Shown: positions 49,456-61,064 of the stretch, piece by piece | Position numbering within the stretch: position 1 is the first letter of the stretch | Layout: each line of letters starts with the position of its first letter | The notes under the pieces: generated by a model | Database searches by the model: none | Seen by the model: only the letters and a program-made list of their open reading frames with translations | What the model was told of the DNA's origin: nothing | DNA from: Nitrosopumilus sp. | GTDB lineage: Archaea > Thermoproteota > Nitrososphaeria > Nitrososphaerales > Nitrosopumilaceae | Length of the DNA stretch: 64,000 nucleotides | Direction: 5' to 3' | Assembly: GCA_965223425.1 (NCBI GenBank) | Contig: OZ245003.1 | Span: forward strand, 2,112,001-2,176,000 | Position numbers and translations under genes: made by a program

Positions 49456-49506
49456 TAGATTACCTCATGTTTTAAATTCAATTTCTTATTTTTCAATTAT
49501 CCATTC

Positions 49507-49971
49507 CTATTTAACAGTAAATATCTCGCTAATAGTGAATTTCTGAAGTTTTTTTGAGATCATATCTACAACTATCTTATAAGATCCAGGAGTATCAACT
49601 ACCTCAGAAAACTCACCTTCAACAGGAAGCAGTCTACTTTCCAACAGAAAGCATTGATTAAAGAAGCCATCTTGAGTGATTGCATCGTTTGTACCAACTG
49701 TGTAAATTGTGATATAAAGATCTCCACAATCAAATGAAGAATCATTGATTTTGACTTGAACTTCTACTGGTTCAGATGTGGAGTATTGTTTAGCCAAACC
49801 AATGAATTCAACTGATTCAGAATATGGCAAATCTCCGTCAGAAAAAGACGTTGGCCACATGTTTAATTCTCTATCGGGTTTCTGTAAAATGTCAGCCATT
49901 ACCGCTGAACCAAAAACAAGTGAAAAGATTACAGGTAAAACAAATACAACAAAAACTTTCTTAAATGCCAT
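49507..49971 (-). CDS. Membrane-anchored or secreted hypothetical protein
   Basis: N-terminal hydrophobic segment, beta-rich body. Confidence 0.7.
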   Translation of the reverse strand: MAFKKVFVVFVLPVIFSLVFGSAVMADILQKPDRELNMWPTSFSDGDLPYSESVEFIGLAKQYSTSEPVEVQVKINDSSFDCGDLYITIYTVGTNDAITQDGFFNQCFLLESRLLPVEGEFSEVVDTPGSYKIVVDMISKKLQKFTISEIFTVK

Positions 49972-50074
49972 TTTGTTTTAGATCTATAATTCCCTTATAT
50001 TTATTTAGCAAAATCAGAAAACTTGAGATCAATTTGACGAATGAGTTAAATCGTAGCCGACTAAATATCGCTAG

Positions 50075-52168
50075 ATGCGACTAAGGAAATTCAGAGTGAG
50101 TGCATATCGTTGCATTCATGATTCTGGAGAGATTACAGTTGGAGATTTAGCAGCTTTTGTTGGAAGGAACGAAAGTGGGAAAACCACTATTCTTCAAGCA
50201 TTGACTTTGTTGAATAAAGACGAACAAATTTCAGAATTAGATCTTTGTGATGAAATGAATGAGGAATTAAAAGATGAGATGAAATTAGCAGAGGGGGAGT
50301 TTGAATTCAACCAACATGAAATTAGTCTATTAAAAGAAAAATTTCCAAGTTTGCCAGAAATTAAAAAAATCAAATTATTTAGAACAAATCGAAAACCAAA
50401 AGTTCAATACGAATTTGAAGGCATAGAACTTGGTGAAGCAGAAGACAAAGGACTCAATTCGTGGGAAAATTTCTCAAAACAAATTCTTGGATTTTTAAAT
50501 ACACTGCCAAATCACATCAGAATACAAATTGATACAAAATTCTTTGAAGGATCAGGACCAAAGAATCAAGAAACATTTGATGGTGGAATGGCAGAATTTA
50601 GTAATCAATTTCATGTTATAGCAATACAAGAACCAAAAGTAATTGAAGAGTGGGAAAAAATCTATGAAAGTCCTGAAAACCAATTCTCAAATCTTCTAAG
50701 TGGTGAAAGTGAAAAAACTGCCTTGCAAAATTACATAGAATCCGAATTACATCCAAGATTTGTCTATTTTTCAGATTACAAAAAAATCTACGGCAACATA
50801 AATCTCAATGAATATCAAAGGGAAGAAAAAGGAGAAAGAAAAGATTCAATTGAACTCGTTGAGGAGTTTGACAAGGCAGAGACGGTAAGAAATCTCTTTT
50901 ATCTGGCTGAATTAGATATGAAGGAGTTAGAGGAGGTAAAAAAAAGTCCCTCAAAATGCATCAAACTTCTCAATGCCGCAAGTAACAGGTTAACAAGTAA
51001 ACTAAACCCAGCATGGAAAGGAGATCCAATTCATGTAGATTTAAGGTACAATCCAGGAAACATTATGAGTGTTGTAATCTCAGATGTTCATAAAGATGGA
51101 ACAATTACAAATACTGGATTATTAAATAGAAGGGCAGAAGGTTTCAAGTGGACATTTTCTTTTATTGTAAACTTTGCAGCAGAAACACAAAGAGCAGAAT
51201 TAAAAGAAGCAATATTACTTTTAGACGAGCCTGCCAGAAATCTTCACCCTACACAACAAATGGGAATTTCGGATTTGTTGAAAAATTTGGCGGGTTCTAA
51301 TCAAGTTTTGTATGCAACACATTCACCATTTATGATCTTTGATTATACTCCTGGCAATCTACTTGTTGTAGAGTTGGATAAAAGAAAACATCTCAGTAGA
51401 ATATTTTATGATTATTGGAATGCAGATGACAAAACATTGACACCAATTTTGTATGGATTATCCAGAGGTCAAGTTGAATCCATCGTAGATAGAGAAATAG
51501 GAACAAATTCCAGACCGATAATTATTGTAGAGACAATGTCTGATGCAATGTATCTCAATGCATTTGATAAATTCTTACAGGATCCTAACATCTCAATGAA
51601 TCCACTAAATGTTGTTGCCGCATATAACAAAAATTCAGTTTTACCATTAGCGATATTTTATAGAAATCATGGATACAAGACGTTTGTCTTATTAGATAAT
51701 TCTGAAGAATCAAAGCAGATTTCTGCCCAATTAGTATCAAATGAATTTTCATCAGTTCAAACTATCTTTTTTGAAAGAGAAGGAAAAAAGCTAGAATCAA
51801 TTGAGGATTACATTGTTCCTGATGATTATTTACATGTGGTAAATCAGACTTATGAAATAAAGTTAAGAGATGAAGGATTTTTGAATCTCACTTCTCAGGA
51901 TGTGGCCTCCAAGGAAAGTAAGGGAATCTTGAATAAATTAAGAAAAATATGGCAAGAACATAGAGACGATGACTGGGGAGAATTTGACAATGAAGAGATT
52001 ACCAGATACATATGTGAGAAAATTACACTTGAGGAGACTGGTTTCCTATCAGACAAAACAAAAGATCAATTCAGATCATTGTATAGATTAATTGCTGAAA
52101 GAATCAGACAATATCAAAATGTAGCTACAAAACCAGATTTAGATAAATTTCAAAAGGCCAAGGCTTAA
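50075..52168 (+). CDS. OLD-like ABC ATPase with TOPRIM-like C-terminal domain
   Basis: GRNESGKT, LLLDEP, ATHSP, IIVE..SD, LLDN, SIED. Confidence 0.82.
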   Translation: MRLRKFRVSAYRCIHDSGEITVGDLAAFVGRNESGKTTILQALTLLNKDEQISELDLCDEMNEELKDEMKLAEGEFEFNQHEISLLKEKFPSLPEIKKIKLFRTNRKPKVQYEFEGIELGEAEDKGLNSWENFSKQILGFLNTLPNHIRIQIDTKFFEGSGPKNQETFDGGMAEFSNQFHVIAIQEPKVIEEWEKIYESPENQFSNLLSGESEKTALQNYIESELHPRFVYFSDYKKIYGNINLNEYQREEKGERKDSIELVEEFDKAETVRNLFYLAELDMKELEEVKKSPSKCIKLLNAASNRLTSKLNPAWKGDPIHVDLRYNPGNIMSVVISDVHKDGTITNTGLLNRRAEGFKWTFSFIVNFAAETQRAELKEAILLLDEPARNLHPTQQMGISDLLKNLAGSNQVLYATHSPFMIFDYTPGNLLVVELDKRKHLSRIFYDYWNADDKTLTPILYGLSRGQVESIVDREIGTNSRPIIIVETMSDAMYLNAFDKFLQDPNISMNPLNVVAAYNKNSVLPLAIFYRNHGYKTFVLLDNSEESKQISAQLVSNEFSSVQTIFFEREGKKLESIEDYIVPDDYLHVVNQTYEIKLRDEGFLNLTSQDVASKESKGILNKLRKIWQEHRDDDWGEFDNEEITRYICEKITLEETGFLSDKTKDQFRSLYRLIAERIRQYQNVATKPDLDKFQKAKA

Positions 52169-52247
52169 GATTTAAGAAGGTTTCTCATGAAAAATACTAA
52201 AATAAAAAATAGAAAAGTAGGAAAAATTCTTTAGGTTTAAGTGAGAG

Positions 52248-54416
52248 ATGAGAAGTCCGAATTATATGAACAAATCCTCGATGAGAGGAATTTTCCTTTC
52301 AACTACGTTGTTATTTTCAATAACACTTGCCACAATTCCAGCAATTGTGTATGCAGAAGAGATTAAGGTGACAAGTTTTGCACTTGAAGAAACAACAATT
52401 ATTGAAGTAACAAATGATTCAAATGAAGAAGTCAACACATTTAGAATTTGGCTTGGAAGTGGCTTTAGTTTTGAATCATTTAAAACAGAAAAAGATTGGA
52501 TGGGAGAAAAAACCCCACAAGGAGTTATAATTTTCACTACATCAGAAACAATAAACCCAGGGGAATCTGTAAAGTTTGGTGTTAAAACTGATAAAGAAAA
52601 ACCTGGAATTAATTGGAAGGCATTAGATAAAGAAGATAAACAAATGGATACAGGTAAAGTGTTACCAGAAGAACTATCAGATGTAATCCAAGACAATAAA
52701 CCCAAACCAGATCAAAATACAGGAAATACTGACAAAAGCATGTCTGCAGAATCATTCTTTAGAATAATTCCAGAAAAACCAAACGTGGGTTCGTCAATTA
52801 GAGTTACAGGAGATAATTTTGGCACATCACAAGAATTTGATTTTTATATTGATTCAAAAAAAATCGGTAGTTTTGAAACAGATGAAAATGGTCATTTTAT
52901 GACTACAATGAAAATTCCCGACGATCAAAAAGCAGATAGGGTGGATTTTAAAGTTAAAGACAAAGAAGGCGAAGAAAAAAAGATCAGTCTTAGAATAGTA
53001 GAAATAGAAAACAGAATTCCAGACTCAGATATTGTTAAACTTACAATTGAAGGAATTCCAGAGGTAGTACACAGAGGAGACGTTTTAGAGATTTTTGGAA
53101 CTGGACAACCCAACAGCGCAATTACTGTAGAAATAACTGCACCAAAAGGGGGAGTTATCAACGCAAGAACAGCAGAGATAGACTCTAAGGGGAATTGGAA
53201 ATTAGACAAGCCAATCATTGTAGTATTAGATGCCGCATTAGGAAAATACAGCGCAACGGTTACTGATGGAAGAGAAAATGTGTTAAAACATTGGACGGTA
53301 GAATCAGACAAAGTAATTATCATGGCTCCAACTAGTTTGAAATTTGAACCAGGTGAAACTATGAAATTTAACGGAACAGCATTACCAAACAAATCAATTG
53401 AATTGGCAATAGAAGATCCTCTTGGAAAAGAAATTTTTTCAGACATTGTTCAAACTGATAATTCTGGTTTTGTAGAGTTTGAATTCCCAACATCTCAAAG
53501 TACAACAGAAGGAACATACACATTAATTGCAACACAAGAAAAAGAAATAGAGTTCATATTTGCAGGACTGGGAGAGTTACCATCAATTCCAGTTAACTTG
53601 GAATTTGACAAGTTGAATTACGACAGTGGAGAAACAGCTGTAATTTCACTTACAGGAACAGGATCAGATGTTGTTAGCTTATTATTTGTAAATCCTGGCG
53701 ATAAACCGATAGGAGAAGCAATATCCATCACGTTACAACCAGATGGCAGGGGAACATATTCTCTTGATCTGACAGGATATTCGTCTGGAGTATATACAGC
53801 TGTAATTAGCAAAGGAAGTACACAAAACTCAGAATTCTTCGCAATAGGTTTGCGTACAGATTCAGACAACATTGACATCAACACTACGAAACTTGATTAT
53901 CTACCTGGTGATTCTGTTTTGATTTTAGGAAAAACCACCGATGAAAATGTTCTACTTACTGTTACCTTGATTAATCCTGAAGGAAAAGAGATTAGGATAA
54001 AAGAAACTTTCTCAGATGAAAATAAAAAGATATCAGAAGACACTTTTAGAATTCCAAGTGATGGAATTAGTGGAACATGGATAATTAACGCAAAAAGTGG
54101 AGCAATCTTTGATAATGTAGAAATTGAAGTTTTAGCAACGCTATCAGAGGGAATGCAAATAACAGTTGAAGAGGGAGCAAATATTCCAGGATCTGGACAA
54201 ATTATTACAATTAAAGTAATTGGGGCTAAACAAACGGTAGGCATTGAAATAACATCTGCAGATAATGAAATTATAGAAACTTTGTCATTTCCAGCATCAG
54301 CTCAAGGGGAAATTAATCTGCCATGGATAATTCCTAAAAACACAGAACCAGGAACTTATACAGTTAGAGCATCAGATGCATTTGATTCTGCAGAGACCAC
54401 GTACGAGTTACAATAA
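52248..54416 (+). CDS. Secreted multi-Ig-domain surface protein
   Basis: Signal peptide; repeated G.Y.V Ig-like beta modules. Confidence 0.78.
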   Translation: MRSPNYMNKSSMRGIFLSTTLLFSITLATIPAIVYAEEIKVTSFALEETTIIEVTNDSNEEVNTFRIWLGSGFSFESFKTEKDWMGEKTPQGVIIFTTSETINPGESVKFGVKTDKEKPGINWKALDKEDKQMDTGKVLPEELSDVIQDNKPKPDQNTGNTDKSMSAESFFRIIPEKPNVGSSIRVTGDNFGTSQEFDFYIDSKKIGSFETDENGHFMTTMKIPDDQKADRVDFKVKDKEGEEKKISLRIVEIENRIPDSDIVKLTIEGIPEVVHRGDVLEIFGTGQPNSAITVEITAPKGGVINARTAEIDSKGNWKLDKPIIVVLDAALGKYSATVTDGRENVLKHWTVESDKVIIMAPTSLKFEPGETMKFNGTALPNKSIELAIEDPLGKEIFSDIVQTDNSGFVEFEFPTSQSTTEGTYTLIATQEKEIEFIFAGLGELPSIPVNLEFDKLNYDSGETAVISLTGTGSDVVSLLFVNPGDKPIGEAISITLQPDGRGTYSLDLTGYSSGVYTAVISKGSTQNSEFFAIGLRTDSDNIDINTTKLDYLPGDSVLILGKTTDENVLLTVTLINPEGKEIRIKETFSDENKKISEDTFRIPSDGISGTWIINAKSGAIFDNVEIEVLATLSEGMQITVEEGANIPGSGQIITIKVIGAKQTVGIEITSADNEIIETLSFPASAQGEINLPWIIPKNTEPGTYTVRASDAFDSAETTYELQ

Positions 54417-54455
54417 TTTTAAACAATTTTATTTTACCAAAAAACCCCAATTCAC

Positions 54456-54968
54456 ATGAATCTTCGAGAAAAAATTACAGAACATCCCAATTTTCCTAAA
54501 AAAGGTGTTTTATTTAGAGACTTTGGCCCAATTTTGAAAGATCCGGCATCCTTGTCTTTAATGGCAGAAGAATTTTCAAAACATTTTCATCCAAAAGATA
54601 TCGATTTGTTTGCTGGAATTGAGTCAAGGGGATTCATTCTTGCTTCTGTTCTAGCAGTGAAATACAACAAAGGCATGATAATGATTAGAAAAGCAGGGAA
54701 AGTGCCTGGAAAAACGGTAAAATTGTCATATACAACTGAATACGGAAAAGACACAATAGAAATTCAAAAAGATGTTATCAAAAAAGGACAAAGAATACTC
54801 ATTTGTGATGACTTGCTTGCAACAGGAGGTACGGCAAAGGCATCTGCAAGACTAATTGAAAAAATAGGAGGGAAAATTTCAGGCTTTGCATTCATTGTAG
54901 AACTAACAGATCTAAATGGAATGAAAGGAATAAGCAAGTATGACTGTAAATCACTGGTGAAATATTAG
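54456..54968 (+). CDS. apt: Adenine phosphoribosyltransferase
   Basis: [28 protein letters not shown]. Confidence 0.95.
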   Translation: MNLREKITEHPNFPKKGVLFRDFGPILKDPASLSLMAEEFSKHFHPKDIDLFAGIESRGFILASVLAVKYNKGMIMIRKAGKVPGKTVKLSYTTEYGKDTIEIQKDVIKKGQRILICDDLLATGGTAKASARLIEKIGGKISGFAFIVELTDLNGMKGISKYDCKSLVKY

Positions 54969-55759
54969 TGGAAAAAGATGTGGAAATTGGTATTTTTGGA
55001 GGAACGGGAATTTACGATTCAGGTTTGCTAGAAAGCGCACAAGAAATTGATATTGATACCCCTTATGGCAAACCATCAGACACCATAACAGTAGGAGTGT
55101 TCAAAGAAAGAAAAATTGCTTTTCTTCCAAGACATGGAAAAAAACACGCTATTCCACCGCATATGATTAATTTCAAGGCAAATATTTGGGCATTTAAAGA
55201 ACTGGGGGTCACAAGAATCATAGCACCATCTGCAGTTGGAAGCCTAAAAGAAGAGTTAGAACCCGGACATTTTGCATTACCATCACAATTCATAGACTTT
55301 ACTAAATCAAGAGAGGGCTCATTTTCAAAAAATGGAAGAGTCATTCATATTTCAGTGGCTGATCCCTTTTGTCCAGAGTTACAATCATCAATTCTTCAAG
55401 TTGCAGGCAGCCAAGGTTTGAGAATGCACAAAGACTGCACTTATGCCTGTATAGAGGGGCCGCGATTTTCAACTAAAGCAGAGTCAAAATTCTATAGAAC
55501 GACAGGTGCAGACATTATTGGAATGACGCTTGTTCCAGAATGCCAATTAGCAAGAGAGGCACAAATGTGCTATGCATCAATTTCAACAGTCACAGATTAT
55601 GATGTTTGGGCTGAAAAACCTGTTACAGCTAAAGAAGTTTTAGAAACGCTTTCAAAAAATGTAGAAAGAACAAAGAAGGTATTAACAGAGTTAATTGAGA
55701 AAATTCCTAAAACTAAAAGTTGTTCTTGTGCCAAGGCATTAGAGGAAGCAGAATTTTAA
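54968..55759 (+). CDS. mtnP: Methylthioadenosine phosphorylase
   Basis: GGTG, RHG, EGPRFST.AES, GMT, VTDYD. Confidence 0.93.
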   Translation: MEKDVEIGIFGGTGIYDSGLLESAQEIDIDTPYGKPSDTITVGVFKERKIAFLPRHGKKHAIPPHMINFKANIWAFKELGVTRIIAPSAVGSLKEELEPGHFALPSQFIDFTKSREGSFSKNGRVIHISVADPFCPELQSSILQVAGSQGLRMHKDCTYACIEGPRFSTKAESKFYRTTGADIIGMTLVPECQLAREAQMCYASISTVTDYDVWAEKPVTAKEVLETLSKNVERTKKVLTELIEKIPKTKSCSCAKALEEAEF

Positions 55760-56040
55760 TCATCTACAAAAGATTCTTTTTTTAGCCCTTCTGGAAGGGT
55801 TAAATCTCCCTGAAGCAGATTTTTCTGAAGTAACATAATTACCTCTTTAACATCATATCCTAATTTTTCCAACTCTTTTTCAGTAGTTTTAGAGATTTTT
55901 GCACCAACATTTTGTCCGCCGATTCTTCCAAATGCAATCGCAGTAAAACGAAATTCATTATTATCGATTGTGAAACTGCCGGTAATTTTTGCAGCCATTT
56001 GGCTTCCATAAATATTATTAATGTGAACTTTGAGATCCAT
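55756..56040 (-). CDS. Hypothetical protein
   Basis: 94-aa ORF; [11 protein letters not shown]. Confidence 0.7.
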   Translation of the reverse strand: MDLKVHINNIYGSQMAAKITGSFTIDNNEFRFTAIAFGRIGGQNVGAKISKTTEKELEKLGYDVKEVIMLLQKNLLQGDLTLPEGLKKESFVDD

Positions 56041-56048
56041 CTTAAAAA

Positions 56049-56447
56049 CTAAATTTCTACAGCCTTGTTAACGTTATCATCAATTAAAAAGCTCCAATGC
56101 TTTTCATCTTCAACCTTGAAATCCTTAACTGCAAGGGGAATCACCTGTTCATCTAAACATTCGTGTTTTATTTCACCGGTTTCTTTTATTTTGACTAATT
56201 TCCACTTGTATTTCCCTTGTTGTAATTTACACACTGTAACTGCCCATTTTGCATCAGGATCAATTTTTGGCATTCCTACTAAATCGGCTACTTCTTCAAT
56301 TCCGAGTTGTTTTTCTTCGCAGAATCGCTTCTTACAAATACCGCACCTCCATACATCAACAGAACCAATTGTTCTCCCATCTATGTTGATGTTTACTACC
56401 CCATAGTAGACTGGCTGATGTTTACAAGTTTCAGTGTCAATACTCAA
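56049..56447 (-). CDS. Hypothetical Cys-containing protein
   Basis: CKH..WRCGICKKRFC. Confidence 0.7.
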   Translation of the reverse strand: MSIDTETCKHQPVYYGVVNINIDGRTIGSVDVWRCGICKKRFCEEKQLGIEEVADLVGMPKIDPDAKWAVTVCKLQQGKYKWKLVKIKETGEIKHECLDEQVIPLAVKDFKVEDEKHWSFLIDDNVNKAVEI

Positions 56448-56469
56448 TGGTGTTCACCAATCATCAACA

Positions 56470-56826
56470 TTATTTAGTTCTTGCATCATCATAGGGCTTT
56501 TCTAAAATCATCCCTATACTATCAACAGTTTTGTTTCGTTTGAATTCAATATTTTCACGCTCACACATTTTTCTGTACATGTTGACTGCTGTAAATCTTG
56601 GATGCATTGCCTCAAACTCGGTTTCAGAAATATCTATGAATGCGCCAAGAGTGACTAATTCTTTGGCTGTTTTTTGAACATCATTCAAGGAGATCTTTAA
56701 TTTCTCTGCAATTTCTGATAAAGCCATTTTTCCATAACATGTAACTAACAAATACATTTTAGCCTGAATAGGTTCTAACCTAATTTCAGAAACTAGATCA
56801 TTTTCAATTTTAGAGGCATCAGACAT
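56470..56826 (-). CDS. TrmB-like winged-helix protein
   Basis: AKMYLLV..G.M..SEIAEKLKIS HTH pattern. Confidence 0.7.
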   Translation of the reverse strand: MSDASKIENDLVSEIRLEPIQAKMYLLVTCYGKMALSEIAEKLKISLNDVQKTAKELVTLGAFIDISETEFEAMHPRFTAVNMYRKMCERENIEFKRNKTVDSIGMILEKPYDDARTK

Positions 56827-57054
56827 TAGCTAAATTTTGAAAAATGGTAATAAAAACCAAATATACTTGCGGCAATCTGACTCAAAAATGTGTGCTTGAA
56901 ATTATCTTAAGATATACTGGTAGGGTATGACGCGCATGTCGGGACTGCCGTAATCCTGTTATTTCTTCTGGGCCTAATTGGATTCAATGGCCAATATTGA
57001 ATCAAAGTATTATTTGTTAAGTAACATTCTCCAAAGTTCAAAGATACTTTATAT

Positions 57055-57537
57055 TTGGTAAACATAGATTTTTACTGTTTGGCAAGTTATAAAGGAACGT
57101 ATTCAAATGAACAGTCATTAAATTTTGTAATACCAATTATTGTAATTCTATTTTTAGGAATAATCTACATCATGACACAGAGAGTAGATGCAGGTTTTGT
57201 GAGTTTTATCTTAATTGGCGCAGCTGCATTAACAATGTTTTACTGGGTTAGAATTCTAAAGAAAATGGCAAAGGACCATAAACCACTTTACACTAAAGCC
57301 AGAGAACAAGAAACAAAGAACTGGGTATATGATCTGATTAAAGGAGAGAAAGAATTCGTTTTCGTAGCAGAAGTACCAGGTCCTGAAGATAAAATAGCAG
57401 TCAGATTGGTAGATGGGATATTATACATACGTGGAACCGCAGGATTTTCAAAAGAAGTTCCAATTGAAGGTGCAAATGACATGCAAATATTTGACTTCAA
57501 ATACAGAAATGGTGTCTTGACACTTAGAATAAAATAG
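57055..57537 (+). CDS. Membrane-anchored Hsp20/alpha-crystallin domain protein
   Basis: Two TM segments, VAEVPG, YRNGVL. Confidence 0.82.
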   Translation: MVNIDFYCLASYKGTYSNEQSLNFVIPIIVILFLGIIYIMTQRVDAGFVSFILIGAAALTMFYWVRILKKMAKDHKPLYTKAREQETKNWVYDLIKGEKEFVFVAEVPGPEDKIAVRLVDGILYIRGTAGFSKEVPIEGANDMQIFDFKYRNGVLTLRIK

Positions 57538-58644
57538 TCAGAGGCTTTTTGCCAGTTCTAATTTTTGTGGTAAATATTTGTCAGTGATGTTAGTAAGACC
57601 ATATTTTGAGAAAGCCTCCAATTCTGCTTTTCTTTTAATTCTCAAAAACACATCTAGCTCTTTTTTCCATATTCCTGACTCGTATCTTGGATCTTTTTGA
57701 AGATCATAGCATCTCTTAATATCAGATTCAGTCATAGGAATTGTCGGCAGCTTAAATTTTTCAATATCAGTAGCCCAAACTCCAACCCATTTTGCATCAG
57801 GAACAGTCAGTTCCCTTAAGTGAGCTGCATTGGCTGAACCAGATTTGATAACCATAGCGATGTGTTCTCCATACACATCACCATCAGTAAGTACGATAAC
57901 AGGCAATCCCATTTCATCATGAAGTCTCTTTAGCAGAGTTCTAGTGGAGCGAGGGGCTTGTCCTCCCGTATTGATGATTATAGATTTGAATTTTTTATCA
58001 ATTTGTTCTTCAACAAATCTTGTAAAAAGACCACCCTTTTCAATAGCAATTACAATTTCAGCACTAGTGTCAACAAGTTCTGCAGTAGTTAGACTAGGAC
58101 CAATAGAATACCCATCAGGATGGTTAGATAGATTCATTGATTTGCCTTCATATCCAGGAATGGTATATTCCACATTCAAATCACCAAAGATTGAGCTTCT
58201 CTCTTCAGGAAATATGTGAAAATCTTCTCTAGGTTTAGATGTGACAGCCTCTAAATCCACGATAATGTTATCGGATTCTGCTTGATCTTCAAATTCTATA
58301 GCAAATGCTTGTGATGAATAGTAGACATCTCTTAAGGTGGATGATTTTTTCTCTTGGGTTAATCTATTTGCAAAAAATGCCAACCACATTAATTGTGTAA
58401 AGGATCTTAGTTGGGAGGAATTTCTTGTGCTTCGTAAAGCAGAATTGCTGCCAAGGATGTATTGCCTAAGCTTTTTATCATAAACTATGTTACTTACAGA
58501 TCTACTAGGTATTGAAAACTTTGGAAACTGCCCACTATCTAAATCATCATATATTTTTGCTCCATGGCTCTTAAGCATCTCAAGAACACTTTTTTGTTTT
58601 TCTTTGGCTTTCTTGCTTAATTCTTTTGATTTATTGGTTTTCAA
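57538..58644 (-). CDS. top6A: DNA topoisomerase VI subunit A
   Basis: TLRDVYY, IEKGG, TDGDVYG, KAELEA. Confidence 0.95.
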   Translation of the reverse strand: MKTNKSKELSKKAKEKQKSVLEMLKSHGAKIYDDLDSGQFPKFSIPSRSVSNIVYDKKLRQYILGSNSALRSTRNSSQLRSFTQLMWLAFFANRLTQEKKSSTLRDVYYSSQAFAIEFEDQAESDNIIVDLEAVTSKPREDFHIFPEERSSIFGDLNVEYTIPGYEGKSMNLSNHPDGYSIGPSLTTAELVDTSAEIVIAIEKGGLFTRFVEEQIDKKFKSIIINTGGQAPRSTRTLLKRLHDEMGLPVIVLTDGDVYGEHIAMVIKSGSANAAHLRELTVPDAKWVGVWATDIEKFKLPTIPMTESDIKRCYDLQKDPRYESGIWKKELDVFLRIKRKAELEAFSKYGLTNITDKYLPQKLELAKSL

Positions 58645-60505
58645 TTGGTTTTTCCTCCTCTGTGGGCTTTTGAGATTCAATTGTATTTTGTTCTTCCAAC
58701 ATCTTCTTGTAATTAGGCTCCTTTTTCTTATCAGCCAACTCTGTACAAAACGTGGCAATCATCGGAATATATTTTGCATAAAGATTAGCCCGCTTTTTTG
58801 CCATCTCAGCTTGTCCTCTTTTTGACATGTATGCTGCAAGTTTTCTTGATAAGAATTGTAATGCCAGTCTTAATTCTCGTTCTATTTCTTGTCGGTCGGC
58901 AACATTTTCTTTTCCGGCAGTTTTATACGGAATTCTAGTGGAACATATGTGCGACACAATAATGAATGGCGGATCACCTTTTATCTTGTATCTTCCCCAA
59001 TCAGTGTCATTTACAACTTTAAGAACAACGTCACTACCCTCATCATAGAGCAAGGGAATTCTATTGGCATATCTGTAAACATGCGGTCCGCCAGACTTTA
59101 TTTCACCACCATAGGCAATACCCATCTCAATTATGAATGGAAATCCGGAATAGGCAGAGGCAGGACGTTGAACTACAGCAGTAAAATCAGGATTAAAGAA
59201 TTTTTTAATGCCTTTCTCTAAAGGTGGTTCTCCTAATGGCGCAAGACAACTGGAGTCCGGTGCCATAAAATCATCAAATTTTTGGAGCGAGTCACTGAGA
59301 TTAACTAACTCCTGATTTGTCAAGGTGCCCATTCGTTTTTCAGGTTTGAACCCTGCAAATTCTGCAAATTTGACTGCAGTTGTAGGACCTACACGTTGAA
59401 ACCTCTTGGTCAAAAATGTAGTAAGAGGTTCTCCCTGAACAGTGTTAGTCAATTGTTTGTAATACTGACTTTCAGGATCCATATCAGCTGATTTGGATTG
59501 CGAGTCGCCAAAATCCCAGTAGAATAGTTTTTTGTTAGGTACATCAATGTCTTCGATTTTAATTTTGTTTAGTTTTTCAAAATCCATTTTTAGAAAAGAC
59601 ATCAGGGCAACAATTACCCGAACTTGACGTGAAAGATTTTTCCATTTTTTCCTTGCTTTTTCCATAATTACATTAAAACTAAGATTTTTCTTGGCCAATC
59701 CCAAATCCTTTCTAACTTTTTCAATCATAACATCATCAATATTTGGAATTTCAAATTGTGATTCAACTATCATTCTTCGTATTCGTTCAACATCAATACC
59801 ATGTGGATGAGGCCTAATTATTGTTGGAGGAGGGGGAATATTTTTTACAAACCTTGGATGATGAAATTTTTGTCCTTTAGGATCATCAAAAGTTATTGAC
59901 GCATAAGGGGTAATCAAAGAAGTTTCATATACATAATCTCGAATTTTGTTACCTGCTTTTGAATAATCACCTTCCAAACAAATACTTACAGAAAGACCTT
60001 TTTTTGAAATTTCTTTTGTGGTATGTTTTACAATTACAGGTTTATTTTTTTGAATATCAAGTAATACTTCAAACTGATCTTGGATTGCTCCGTCAGTAGA
60101 GCTTTTTACTGTGACAGGTTTGTTTGTTGTAATTTGACCATACAAAATTGCCATAGTTGCGCCAAGTCCAAACATGCCTCTAGCTTGTTTGAGGCCAAAT
60201 TTTGAACCATAAAGCACAGTTCCAAACGCAAGTGGGACATGTTTTGCATCCACACCAGGACCATTATCCTTAACTGTCAAGATATAGTGTTTGGGATCCG
60301 GTTTTTCAGGGTCAACGGCCTTGATTGTTAAATGAACGTCAGGGAGAATTCCCTTTTGATCACATGCGTCTAATGCATTTTCGACAAATTCTCTGACAGC
60401 AGTATAAAGAGAACGTGTAGGATTACTAAAACCTGCTAAATCACGATTACTGTAAAAGAATTCACTAGGGGATATTTGATTAAATTTTTCTTTTATAGAA
60501 GACAT
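58631..60505 (-). CDS. top6B: DNA topoisomerase VI subunit B
   Basis: EFVENALDA, DNGPG, RGMFGLG, RYANRIPL. Confidence 0.96.
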   Translation of the reverse strand: MSSIKEKFNQISPSEFFYSNRDLAGFSNPTRSLYTAVREFVENALDACDQKGILPDVHLTIKAVDPEKPDPKHYILTVKDNGPGVDAKHVPLAFGTVLYGSKFGLKQARGMFGLGATMAILYGQITTNKPVTVKSSTDGAIQDQFEVLLDIQKNKPVIVKHTTKEISKKGLSVSICLEGDYSKAGNKIRDYVYETSLITPYASITFDDPKGQKFHHPRFVKNIPPPPTIIRPHPHGIDVERIRRMIVESQFEIPNIDDVMIEKVRKDLGLAKKNLSFNVIMEKARKKWKNLSRQVRVIVALMSFLKMDFEKLNKIKIEDIDVPNKKLFYWDFGDSQSKSADMDPESQYYKQLTNTVQGEPLTTFLTKRFQRVGPTTAVKFAEFAGFKPEKRMGTLTNQELVNLSDSLQKFDDFMAPDSSCLAPLGEPPLEKGIKKFFNPDFTAVVQRPASAYSGFPFIIEMGIAYGGEIKSGGPHVYRYANRIPLLYDEGSDVVLKVVNDTDWGRYKIKGDPPFIIVSHICSTRIPYKTAGKENVADRQEIERELRLALQFLSRKLAAYMSKRGQAEMAKKRANLYAKYIPMIATFCTELADKKKEPNYKKMLEEQNTIESQKPTEEEKPIENQ

Positions 60506-60506
60506 C

Positions 60507-61064
60507 TTAATCTTCCCACAATTTCATTTTTTCTTGTTTCTCTTTTCTATTTGCAGCTTCTAATTTACTATAAACTGCACCATGCATACTTCCATGTGAA
60601 ATAGACGATATTGCATCAACGGCTAACCGTAATTTACTTGCATCTCCAATAATTGAAACAGTTTTTCCATATACGGAGATATGGGTGCCACTTAGATTTT
60701 CCATGTTTTGTCTTGCTCTACCACCTTCTCCAATAATTCTCCCTTTTATCCTTTCAACATTTGCATTAGACTTTCCTGTAAATTCTCGAAGATCTATGAC
60801 GTGCAATGCATTTTCACTCTTTAGTAAAGTCATAGCATTTTCAGGTGAAAAACCTCTACCAATTGCTGTAACAATTTCCATGGCTTTGAATGGTTGAATC
60901 TTTTCAAGATCTCCATCAGATTTTATCAAGACTTCTCCTGTATCACCGTCGATATTCAAAGAAACATGACACAGCTTTTCAATTTTTAACTTGACATTAC
61001 CTGATTTTCCAATCAAAACTGCTATTCTATCATTTGGGATACGAATTTGTTTTTGAAAACTCAT
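60507..61064 (-). CDS. KH-domain rRNA-processing protein (Dim2/Pno1)
   Basis: LIGKSG, GRIIGEGG, AIGRGF. Confidence 0.9.
   Translation of the reverse strand: MSFQKQIRIPNDRIAVLIGKSGNVKLKIEKLCHVSLNIDGDTGEVLIKSDGDLEKIQPFKAMEIVTAIGRGFSPENAMTLLKSENALHVIDLREFTGKSNANVERIKGRIIGEGGRARQNMENLSGTHISVYGKTVSIIGDASKLRLAVDAISSISHGSMHGAVYSKLEAANRKEKQEKMKLWED

Noticed and set aside
48758-49546. Plus-strand FFAGFASA and LQLSLQAL repeat ORFs
   Set aside because: Alternative frames of the AEAKPAKK repeat.
50075-52168. OLD-like ATPase as Gabija or another defence system
   Set aside because: No partner helicase; it sits among housekeeping genes.
56880-57005. Slightly GC-richer intergenic stretch as an ncRNA
   Set aside because: No C/D boxes or convincing structure identified by eye.
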